From assembly GCA_046290225.1 (NCBI GenBank), contig JBKAGE010000078.1:64001-128000 (forward strand): a stretch of 64,000 bases of DNA, in the 5' to 3' direction. Source of the stretch: Bradymonadia bacterium (GTDB lineage: Bacteria > Myxococcota_A > Bradymonadia > UBA7976 > UBA1532). Below the pieces are notes generated by a model. The model had not been told where the DNA came from. It ran no database searches and saw nothing but the letters and a program-made list of their open reading frames with translations. Position 1 is the first letter of the stretch. Every line of letters begins with the position of its first letter. The translations under genes and the position numbers were made by a program. Positions 27,188 to 35,955 of the stretch are shown one piece after another.

Positions 27188-29479
27188 ATGACCACGCCCC
27201 GTTTCTCAGACCTCGGCCTGTCAGAGGGTATGCTCAACGCCCTCGAGAAGATGGGCTACGAGACCCCCACCCCCGTACAAGCCAACGCCATCCCCATCGC
27301 CCGCACTGGCCGCGACATGATGGTGCAGTCCCAGACCGGCACCGGCAAGACCGCCGCCTTCGGGATCCCGGTCATCGAGAACATCGGGGACAAGCCCAAG
27401 GGCATCAAGGTGCTGGCCCTCTGCCCCACCCGGGAGCTCGCCCGGCAGGTGGCCGAGGAGTTCACCCGGCTGGCGCAGTTCAAGAAGTTCCACGCCGCAG
27501 CCGTCTACGGCGGCGCCCCCATCGAGAAGCAGGTGGCGGAGATCAAGTTCGCCCATGCCGTGGTGGGTACGCCCGGGCGCGTGCTCGACCACCTGCGCCG
27601 GCGCACGCTGAACCTGAACGATCTGCAGGCGCTGGTCCTCGACGAGGCTGACGAGATGCTCTCCATGGGCTTCGCCCGTGAGCTCGAGCAGATCATGCGC
27701 TATGTGCCCAAAGAGCGGCAGACCCTGCTGTTCTCCGCCACCATCCCCGAGGACATCAAGCGCTACGCCAAGCGCTACATGCAGTCCCCGGAGTTCCTCT
27801 CCATGGTGGAGGAGAACGTCGCCGCCGACGAGGTGGAGCACCACTACTACATGATCTCCGGCGTGAGGCGCCCGGCGGATCTGGTGCAGGTCATCGAGTA
27901 CGAAGATCCCAAGAACGCGCTGATCTTCACCAACACGCGGGCCGACTCCCAGATGGTGGCCAACTACCTCAAGCGCCAGGGCTACAACGCTGAGTACCTC
28001 AACAGCGATCTGCCCCAGAAGGAGCGCGAGCGGGTCATGGGCCGCATGAAGGCCAAAGATCTGCGGTTCCTCGTGGCCACGGACATCGCCGCCCGAGGCA
28101 TCGACATCAGCCAGCTGAGCCACGTGATCAACTACGTGCTCCCCGACTCCCCCGAGGTGTACATCCACCGCACGGGGCGCACGGGCCGCGCCGGCAACCA
28201 GGGCACTGCCATCAGCCTCATCGGCCCTCGAGAGATCGGGGTCTACTACTACCTCAAGCGCATCTACAACGTAGCGCTCCAGGAGATGAACGTCCCCACC
28301 AACGCGGAGATCGAGTTGCGTCGCCAGGAACGTCGAATTCAGACCGTCGTCACCGAGATCATGGAGACCACCGGTGGCACTCGCCCCCTCGACACCGAGC
28401 TGAAGGCTCAGGCAGTGGGCTTGCTAGAGCGTGAAGACGCCGTCGATCTCTTCGGCGCTCTGCTCCGTCACATGCGCGAGTCCGCCAAGGCCCTCACCGA
28501 GCAGCCGGCGGCAGCGCCTGCCCTCGCCGGCGGCATGCTCCGCGACGTGCCTCAGACTGCCAAGGTCCGCCCCGGCTCAAAGCGTGACTCGGTGGAAGAC
28601 GTGATGAACCGCGTGGCCATCGTACAGAGCGAGTACCGTGGCCTGCGTGACGGCCGCAAGGTGAAGCGCAAGCAGCGCGACCGCCTGAGCGAGGCCGATC
28701 GCGCCGTCATCGAGCGTGCCCAGGGTGGTACCCCGCCCGAGGCAGAGATCGACGCCGGCCCCGCCGCTGACGATCCGACCCCGGCGGAGATCGAAGCCGC
28801 CCTCGGCATCTCCCAGGCCGCCGATGCCTACGCCGCGCCTCAGGACGACGTGCCCGAGACGGAGGCGGCAGAGACGGAGGCTGCAGCCGAGCCCGCCGAG
28901 GAAAAGCCGGCACCGAAGAGGTCCCGTCGCCGGAACACGCGAAAGCAGGCTGCGGAGAAGCCCGCGGAAGACGTCCCAGCTGAGACTGCAGTTGAGGCTG
29001 CAGTCGAGGCAGCGGCAGAGGCCTACACCGCCCCTGTGAAAGACGAAGAAGCATCGGAGCCCGAGCCGGAGGAGAAGACCGCTCGCCGTCGTCGGCGTCG
29101 TCGGCGCCCCTCCGCCGAGGTGACGCCCGAGGTCGCCGCAGAGGCCTACACCGCCCCCGAGCCTGAGGTGGAGACCGCCCCAGAGCCCGAGCCGGTGGCG
29201 GATCCCGAGCCCGAGGCTCCGGCCGTTTCCGAGGATGACGACGTGATCCGCCTCTATGTGAACCAGGGCCGCAAGGATCGCATCGGTGCTGATGATCTCG
29301 TCGATCACCTCGCCGAGCTCGCCGGCCTCGACCCTGAGGACTTCTCCGACGTGGTGGTGCTCACCCGGCACTCCTTCATCACCGTGGAAGACATCTTCGT
29401 AGATGACTTGCTCGCGGCGGTGAATGGAGAGAGCATCGGAGGCCGACCCCTGAAGGTCGAGCGTGCCCGAGGCGAGTGA
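27188..29479 (+). CDS. DEAD-box RNA helicase with C-terminal DbpA-type RNA-binding domain (DeaD/CsdA-like)
   Basis: Q motif, QTGTGKT, PTRELA, DEAD, SAT, ARGID, HRTGRTGR; LYVNQGRKDRI C-terminal domain. Confidence 0.95.
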   Translation: MTTPRFSDLGLSEGMLNALEKMGYETPTPVQANAIPIARTGRDMMVQSQTGTGKTAAFGIPVIENIGDKPKGIKVLALCPTRELARQVAEEFTRLAQFKKFHAAAVYGGAPIEKQVAEIKFAHAVVGTPGRVLDHLRRRTLNLNDLQALVLDEADEMLSMGFARELEQIMRYVPKERQTLLFSATIPEDIKRYAKRYMQSPEFLSMVEENVAADEVEHHYYMISGVRRPADLVQVIEYEDPKNALIFTNTRADSQMVANYLKRQGYNAEYLNSDLPQKERERVMGRMKAKDLRFLVATDIAARGIDISQLSHVINYVLPDSPEVYIHRTGRTGRAGNQGTAISLIGPREIGVYYYLKRIYNVALQEMNVPTNAEIELRRQERRIQTVVTEIMETTGGTRPLDTELKAQAVGLLEREDAVDLFGALLRHMRESAKALTEQPAAAPALAGGMLRDVPQTAKVRPGSKRDSVEDVMNRVAIVQSEYRGLRDGRKVKRKQRDRLSEADRAVIERAQGGTPPEAEIDAGPAADDPTPAEIEAALGISQAADAYAAPQDDVPETEAAETEAAAEPAEEKPAPKRSRRRNTRKQAAEKPAEDVPAETAVEAAVEAAAEAYTAPVKDEEASEPEPEEKTARRRRRRRRPSAEVTPEVAAEAYTAPEPEVETAPEPEPVADPEPEAPAVSEDDDVIRLYVNQGRKDRIGADDLVDHLAELAGLDPEDFSDVVVLTRHSFITVEDIFVDDLLAAVNGESIGGRPLKVERARGE

Positions 29480-29522
29480 TCTCGGTGATGAGGTCGATGC
29501 AATGAGCGCAATGGAGGTGGCA

Positions 29523-30104
29523 GTGAAGCGGGTGTCGAAGTCTTCTGGCCTTTGGAGCACCTCCGTAGGGGCGATGTGCCTGGCGTTGTCTCTCGGGGCC
29601 TGTACCGCCCCAGAGATGAACACCCCAGAGGTCGACGCCAGCGCAGGCCCCCCTGCACGGGTCGATCTCCCCGCCCCCATAAAGCTCGAAGGCACCATCC
29701 CCCCAGAGACGCATCCCGACGGCCGCATGCGGGTCGACGGCCTCATGGTGCGCCGCGACCAATACTTCGGCCAGAAGGTCATGGTGCGTGGCTACGTCGT
29801 CGAGACGTATGTGTGTCCCAAAGACGCCAAGAAGTGCCAGCAACCCCATGTCTACCTCGCCGACACCCCTGCTGGAGGCGACAAGCGCCTTCTGGTGGCC
29901 CATGTGAGCGAAGACCGGGTGGGCAAGCTCGAGGTGGGCAAGGATTACGTGTTCACCGGCACCTTCGACAAGCGCTCTCAAGACGGCTTCGCTGCCTCGA
30001 TGGGTCTTCTGATGCACGAGGGCATCGAGGGCTTCGAGACCGTCGAAGAAGAGCAGGCCCGCCTCGATGGTGAGCGGAAGAAGAAGCGCCGTCGCCGCCG
30101 ATGA
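29523..30104 (+). CDS. Lipoprotein, probable OB-fold
   Basis: Lipobox LGAC; GQKVMVRGYVV..C....C..P; GGAGG before GTG 29523. Confidence 0.65.
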   Translation: MKRVSKSSGLWSTSVGAMCLALSLGACTAPEMNTPEVDASAGPPARVDLPAPIKLEGTIPPETHPDGRMRVDGLMVRRDQYFGQKVMVRGYVVETYVCPKDAKKCQQPHVYLADTPAGGDKRLLVAHVSEDRVGKLEVGKDYVFTGTFDKRSQDGFAASMGLLMHEGIEGFETVEEEQARLDGERKKKRRRRR

Positions 30105-32812
30105 GCGCCCTGAAGCACGATGTCCAGCGCTGGTTGAACATCGTCTTTCCGCAGCCGGGCCCCGATCAGCCGCCCTGGTACGGCGATCAGACTTTTCCTG
30201 AAGAGACCGAGACTTCGCAGAAGTGGCCCGCAGAGCTGTGGTGGCCTGCGGTCCTCGAAGAGGCTCTCGCCCACCCCCACGGGCTCATGCTGACCCCACT
30301 GGCACCTGCGCTCGACGGGGCCACTCCAGTACAGCGTCTTGCCCTCGTCGATCGGTACCGCCCCGGTGTACGGCCTGTGGCGATCTGGTCCGGCTGGGCC
30401 GAGGAGCTCGCGCTGTTCGAAGCACTGCTCGACGGCCTGACACCCAAGGATGCTGAACACGCCCGCCCCATGGTGGACGCAGCAATGATGCGCCCCATTG
30501 AGCGGGAGACCGCCTACGCTGGTGGGGGCACCTTCACCGAGAAGCTGGGTCACTTCAACGAGTTGCTGTGGGCCGCCGTATGCGTTCAGGTCGGCCTGCT
30601 CGAGCATGTGTTGCCCCTGTGGCAGCGCCCCCACGTGGAAGATCACCACCTGCCCGAAGCCATCGTCTGCGCCGAGGCGCTCAAGGTGAGGATCATTACC
30701 GCCATGCCCGAGGCTGATCGGCCGACTTTGCTCACCGATCACAACCCGCTCCCCTTCACTGGTGTTGCCCTGGCCCCGACCGCCGAGGTGCTGGAGAAGA
30801 TGCTGGGGGCGTTGGGTTTCATCACGCCCGCATATGATCATGCCCCCAAGTGGATGGCGGCGATGGTGAGCCTCGGTCCAATGCTCAGGCCTGCGTTGAT
30901 CAAGGCCCTCAAGGTGCTCCCGCGCTACGCCCCTGGCAGGTTGATGCTCATCACAGCTCTCGGTGAAGTGACCCCATTGGAGGCAGCCGATGAAGTCTTC
31001 CCCACTCTGAAGCAGATCATCGACAGCGGAGAGACGAAACATCGAGGGGCTGCCCTCGAGGTCTGGGGACGCCTCGGTGGTGATCCGCAGGTGTTGTTGG
31101 GCCAGCTGCTCTGCACCTCGAAGATCCTCCAGGAGGGTGCCCAAGCGGGCCTCGCTGCTCACCCACATCCCAAGACAGCCCGCACCGCTCTGCTCCCCAA
31201 CCTGCACGGTCTGCTCACAGAGCGGAAGAAAGTGTACCGGGAGGGCGCAGCCCGCGCTCTGACAGTCTTGCCGGGGCCTGATTCACAGGGGCCCCTTGAG
31301 ACTGCGTTGGCCAAGGAGCGCTCGGCGGGCACCGCCACCCTGCTCGCTCAGGCCCTCGCCGCCTGCCTGCCCGGCCTGGAGAATATGGATCCGGATAAAC
31401 TCGACGAAGCGCTCAGCCAGCGTAGCCCCACGAAGGTGCCCGCTCTGGCCGATCCTGAAGGCCTGCCCACGCTGACCTGGCGCCACGGGCAGGTCATGAG
31501 CGCTGGCGCGTTGCGCTGGCTGCTCGATCGGGCCCTTTCGGACACGGCCATGGAGGATCCCGACTTGCCGTGGGTCATCGGTCATCTGCCTGAAGGCACC
31601 AGCGAGGCCCTGTGCCATGCCATCACTCTGCGGGCCTCGACGTCGACTCACGCAGATGAGGCCCGCAGCCTCCGCGTGATGGCCATTCTCGGTGCCGAAG
31701 CGCAGATCATGAAGTTGGGCCAGGGGCTCGAGAAGCGTGTCAAGACGCCGAGTTTCTCCAAGGCCCTCAAGGCCCTCGCGGATCATGCCCGCCTTCGTCG
31801 GGGCGGTCCGGCGGTCTACTGGCTCGATCACTGGAGTCGCCACGCCAAACGGCCGCGCATTCGTCGTCAAGTCGGCGAGACCCTCACCGCGCTCTGTGCC
31901 GATCTCCAGCGTGACGCTGACGATCTCATCGATGAAGGCATCCCCCGCTTCGGCTTTGACACTGAGGGCCTGCAGCACTGGCCCATCTCGGAGGCCGACG
32001 TCATCGAGCTGCGCCTGGCGGAAGATCTGTCTCTCTCGATGTCTCGTAAGGGCAAGACCATCAAGAGCCTGCCCAAGGCCGCCCCTGAGGCCATGAGAGC
32101 CCGCCTCAAGATCCTCAAAGCGGGTTTGAAGAAGGTGGGGCCCATGGTCATCGAGCGGCTGGCGTTGAGCGCCTGTGCTGATCGCCGATGGTCAGCTACG
32201 ACCTGGAAGGCGCTGTGCATCCATCACCCCATCACCCGGGCCCTCGCCCGAAACCTCGTCTTCGAATCAGGGCGCTCGGGTACCCCCGGCACAGTCTTTG
32301 ATTCGATGGGCGTGTTCACCCTCGACGCACTGGCCGACGACCTCACTGATGAGACCTGGGTGCGCCTGGCCCACCCAATCGATCTCGACGAGGCCCGGCG
32401 GTCGCGCTGGCTCGCGTGGGAGAGCGCCCGGAGAACCCCCTTCCCTCTGATGACCCGGCTGGTCGTGGAGGGCACTCAGGTGGAGGCGATGAAGGCGCGC
32501 ATTCGCACCGAGGGGCAGAAAGTCTGGCGTCGCGATCTGCGAAAACGGATTGAGCGAGAGGGCTACCGTTCAGGAGCCATCGCTGATCGGGGCCTCATCT
32601 GGACAGCAGTCAGAGACCTGGGCGCCCTGGGCAAGATCGTCATCGCCCACGAAGGCTATCCCTTCGAGCGGGACTACGAGGGTGAGCCTGTGGGCTTCAC
32701 TGACGTCTGGGTGGTGCTCGGACCAAAGGTGGAAGATCGAGCAGGTGTGTCGCGTAAGCTGACCAGCGAAGGCCTCAAGGACGCAGCCCACATCTTCGCA
32801 GTGCTTCTCTGA
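30101..32812 (+). CDS. DUF4132 domain protein with HEAT-like repeats
   Basis: DDLIDEGIPRFGFD, GKTIKSLPK, RRWS..W..HHPI..LARNLVF, VRLAHP, PFPL; ATGA overlap with the upstream gene. Confidence 0.7.
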   Translation: MSALKHDVQRWLNIVFPQPGPDQPPWYGDQTFPEETETSQKWPAELWWPAVLEEALAHPHGLMLTPLAPALDGATPVQRLALVDRYRPGVRPVAIWSGWAEELALFEALLDGLTPKDAEHARPMVDAAMMRPIERETAYAGGGTFTEKLGHFNELLWAAVCVQVGLLEHVLPLWQRPHVEDHHLPEAIVCAEALKVRIITAMPEADRPTLLTDHNPLPFTGVALAPTAEVLEKMLGALGFITPAYDHAPKWMAAMVSLGPMLRPALIKALKVLPRYAPGRLMLITALGEVTPLEAADEVFPTLKQIIDSGETKHRGAALEVWGRLGGDPQVLLGQLLCTSKILQEGAQAGLAAHPHPKTARTALLPNLHGLLTERKKVYREGAARALTVLPGPDSQGPLETALAKERSAGTATLLAQALAACLPGLENMDPDKLDEALSQRSPTKVPALADPEGLPTLTWRHGQVMSAGALRWLLDRALSDTAMEDPDLPWVIGHLPEGTSEALCHAITLRASTSTHADEARSLRVMAILGAEAQIMKLGQGLEKRVKTPSFSKALKALADHARLRRGGPAVYWLDHWSRHAKRPRIRRQVGETLTALCADLQRDADDLIDEGIPRFGFDTEGLQHWPISEADVIELRLAEDLSLSMSRKGKTIKSLPKAAPEAMRARLKILKAGLKKVGPMVIERLALSACADRRWSATTWKALCIHHPITRALARNLVFESGRSGTPGTVFDSMGVFTLDALADDLTDETWVRLAHPIDLDEARRSRWLAWESARRTPFPLMTRLVVEGTQVEAMKARIRTEGQKVWRRDLRKRIEREGYRSGAIADRGLIWTAVRDLGALGKIVIAHEGYPFERDYEGEPVGFTDVWVVLGPKVEDRAGVSRKLTSEGLKDAAHIFAVLL

Positions 32813-32892
32813 TCCCAGGCTGACTCATGCCAGAGTGAGCTCATCACCCACCGTCTCGGCGTGCTGAGCATGAGATGAACTCAGCGTCAGTT

Positions 32893-35800
32893 TCACTTGC
32901 TCTTGAGCAGAACTCGAGCCAGCCCGGAGAGGGTTCGATCTTCAGTGAAGAGAGACTGAGGGATCGGTCGCTCGAGGTGCTCCTCCAGCGCGCCGACCAG
33001 CTGAACAATGGTCAGTGAATCCAGCCCCAAGGCACTCAGACGCGTGTCGGCGAGACTCTGGGGACCAGCGCTCGAAAGCAGATCTGTCTCCTGGGCCAGC
33101 CATGCAGTGACGAAATCGATCAGCGCCCGAACATCATCCGTCACTTCCGGGACCTCTGATGGGTTGTTGGTTGATGTCGCGTCGCCCAGTGAAGTCACAT
33201 ACCGCTTTGCCAGCCCGATGAGCGCACGTGCAGAAGCGGTGTGATCAGGTGTCTGAACGTGACCGATGGAAGCTTCACTCACAGACAGGCAGTGCTTCCA
33301 GAAGACCAGCGCGCGCAGCCGGTGGGGATCTTGTCGAGGTGTCTCCACACTCAGAGCACTGCACACGACAGCGGTGATGTAGAGACGCCCCAGCTCGATC
33401 AGAGCGCTCAACTGAGGCTCAGCTTTCGAGAGGGCGCGGGCGGTGTCGACGCCAGAAACGATGCGTTCGACCCAGGCTGAGCCCAAGAGGGCATGGCCCG
33501 GGATCTGCTCAGTGCTCTTCGCCTCGATCAACACTCGGCCGCATTCGGCCAGACCTCTCTCTGTTGAAATCGTGGCATCCGTCTCTAATGCCTGCAGCGC
33601 CTGTCGAAGATGACCGCCTGGCGTGCCAGGCAACTCGGGATATCTCTCAATTGCGGTGCGCAAGGTCGCCACAGCAAGCTGACACAACAACGGTGCGCCG
33701 AAATCGAGGGCCTCAGTCGACGCCCTTCGCTCAGCAAACAGATCGAGTGCTGCTCGAACCCCCTCCAACTCGGCGCTCGTCTCCGAGAGCAGGTGACACA
33801 TGAGCGGATCATCGACGAGCCATTGATGCTCGGGCCAGGTGATCGTGCCCTCGTGCACCAGCCTCTGAAAGTAGCGCTGCCCTGCGCCCAGCAATGCGGC
33901 TGACCACATGAGGGACGCGGATTGCGGAGATGCTTCCTTCGGCCCCTTCAGTGCCAGGTTTTCTCTCACCACATCGACGGCAACAGACACATCCACTGCG
34001 CCCAGCTGAGCCACCACACGCAACAGCGCCTCATCCTCGAGGGCCAGCCCTCCCAGGTCGAGAGGCGCCGTCATGCGCATCAGCCCGATGCGACGCAGCG
34101 TGTCCAGGACCGCCACCTTCTCGGCCCCCTCAGTGATCAGGGGCGCAATGTCAGTCTGCAATCTGGAGACGATCTCGTCGGCGCTCATCCGCTGCCGAGC
34201 AACCTTCGACGTGGCCACCACCTGCAGCTCGGAGAGATCACCCTCGGCAAATGCCCGCTGACACTGATGGCGCATGACCTTGCCGCTGGAGGTCTTCGGC
34301 AGTGCACCTCGGGCCAGGAGCACCACCGCAAAGGGGCTGATCTCGTGAGCCTGTACGACGGCCTCTCTCAAGCGGGCCATTGTCTGCTCCGCGTCAAAAG
34401 ACACACGCTCGTCAATCTCTTGAAAGACCACCAGCCTGCTTTGCTCATCGGCCTCGATGGAGACTGCCGCAGAGCATCCTGGGCGGATCTCGGGATGCAG
34501 CGCACGGCACGTGCCCATCGTCTCCTCGATGTCGTGGGGGTACAGGTTGCGCCCGCGGATGATGATGAGATCTTTGAGTCGCCCGGTGACGAACAGCTCA
34601 TCATCGAGCACGGCGCCCAAGTCCCCCGTACGCAAGAATGGGCCAGCCTCATGATCTGAGGAGAGCCGTGCAGAAAAAGTCTCTGCAGACTCCACTGGTC
34701 GTTGCCAGTAGCCCGCAGCCACATGAGCCCCTGCCAACCAGATCTCCCCCACCCTGCCTAGTGGGCACTGTAGATGAGTCTGAGGATCCACAATCACCAC
34801 CTCTGACTGGCCCCAGGGCTTGCCAGAGCTGACCAGTGTCGTCGCAGGGGTGTTGCCCTCCGCGGGCTTCAGCTGTCCCTGCTCCAGGGCCACAGGATCC
34901 ACTGCGCACACGACCGGCCGCGTCGTCGAGGTGCTCGTCGTGGCAAAGAGGCCCACCTCCGCCAGTCCGAAGGAGGGCGCCATGGCTGATCGGCGCAGGC
35001 CTGTGGGTGCGAAGTGCCTGGTGAACCGCTCCACCGTCTCTGCCCGCACCGGCTCCGCGCCGTTGACGAAGACTCGCATTGCGCTGAGATCGAGATCACC
35101 AAAGGCTTCTTCGGGTACTTTTCGCACCACGAGATCGTAGGCGAAGTTCGGCGCAGCGGTCTGCGTCGCCCGGGTTCTACTGATCAGCGACAGCCAGGAC
35201 CTGGGGTTCTTCAAGAAGGCGTGGGGGGGCATGAGATGGGCCTGCCCACCAAGGAGGACGGCGTTGAGCAGATTTCCGAGCAGACCCATGTCGTGATAGA
35301 GCGGCAGCCAGCACGCGATGATGGGCTCAAGGGCCCGGAGCCCGTAGGCTTCCGTGAGCATCTCGAGGTTCGCCAGCAGGTTGCGGTGTCGAATCATCAC
35401 CCCTTTAGGATCTGCGGTAGAGCCTGAGGTGTATTGAAGAAACGCCAGTGACTCAGGGCTGAGATCGTCGGGACGTCGCCAGTCCGATGCGGCAGATTTG
35501 CGGCACTGCTCCACCGTCAGCCAGTTCAGTGCCTTCAGCCCAGCATGCTCCGTGCTGGAGATCAGTCCGTCCGCAAAGGCGAGGATCATCTCTGAGGTCA
35601 GCAGCACGCTCGCTTCAGCATCTTTCACGATGCTGTGTAGCCTGCGCAGGCTGTGAGTGAGCCGATGTGGCTCAGGCGGATAGGCCGGCACCGGCACCAC
35701 CCTGGTGAGCATGCACCCCATGAGGGCCACGGCGAAGTCGAGGCCCGGTGCAAAGATCAGGATCGCTCGCTCCCCAGAGAGCCCCATGGACTGCAGCGAC

Positions 35801-35955
35801 GAGGCCACCGAGCGGGCCTGTGCGTACAGGGCGCCATAGGAGAGCGTCTCCGAGAGCGTCTCTCCATCTTCGTAGAAAGCGTAGAGCAGGTGATCCGGGT
35901 GCTCGGTGGCCCGCGCCGTCAACACATCGACAAACGTGTGCATGTTTTCCCTCAT
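32893..35955 (-). CDS. Fatty acyl-AMP ligase + truncated acyl-CoA dehydrogenase-like region + acyl carrier protein
   Basis: FLQYTSGST.PKGV, WLPLYHDMGL, GAEP, FGLAE, LRTGDLG, LPKTSSGK; ACAD-N-like GLMRMTAP..LGGL; ACP LGLDSL. Confidence 0.88.
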   Translation of the reverse strand: MRENMHTFVDVLTARATEHPDHLLYAFYEDGETLSETLSYGALYAQARSVASSLQSMGLSGERAILIFAPGLDFAVALMGCMLTRVVPVPAYPPEPHRLTHSLRRLHSIVKDAEASVLLTSEMILAFADGLISSTEHAGLKALNWLTVEQCRKSAASDWRRPDDLSPESLAFLQYTSGSTADPKGVMIRHRNLLANLEMLTEAYGLRALEPIIACWLPLYHDMGLLGNLLNAVLLGGQAHLMPPHAFLKNPRSWLSLISRTRATQTAAPNFAYDLVVRKVPEEAFGDLDLSAMRVFVNGAEPVRAETVERFTRHFAPTGLRRSAMAPSFGLAEVGLFATTSTSTTRPVVCAVDPVALEQGQLKPAEGNTPATTLVSSGKPWGQSEVVIVDPQTHLQCPLGRVGEIWLAGAHVAAGYWQRPVESAETFSARLSSDHEAGPFLRTGDLGAVLDDELFVTGRLKDLIIIRGRNLYPHDIEETMGTCRALHPEIRPGCSAAVSIEADEQSRLVVFQEIDERVSFDAEQTMARLREAVVQAHEISPFAVVLLARGALPKTSSGKVMRHQCQRAFAEGDLSELQVVATSKVARQRMSADEIVSRLQTDIAPLITEGAEKVAVLDTLRRIGLMRMTAPLDLGGLALEDEALLRVVAQLGAVDVSVAVDVVRENLALKGPKEASPQSASLMWSAALLGAGQRYFQRLVHEGTITWPEHQWLVDDPLMCHLLSETSAELEGVRAALDLFAERRASTEALDFGAPLLCQLAVATLRTAIERYPELPGTPGGHLRQALQALETDATISTERGLAECGRVLIEAKSTEQIPGHALLGSAWVERIVSGVDTARALSKAEPQLSALIELGRLYITAVVCSALSVETPRQDPHRLRALVFWKHCLSVSEASIGHVQTPDHTASARALIGLAKRYVTSLGDATSTNNPSEVPEVTDDVRALIDFVTAWLAQETDLLSSAGPQSLADTRLSALGLDSLTIVQLVGALEEHLERPIPQSLFTEDRTLSGLARVLLKSK

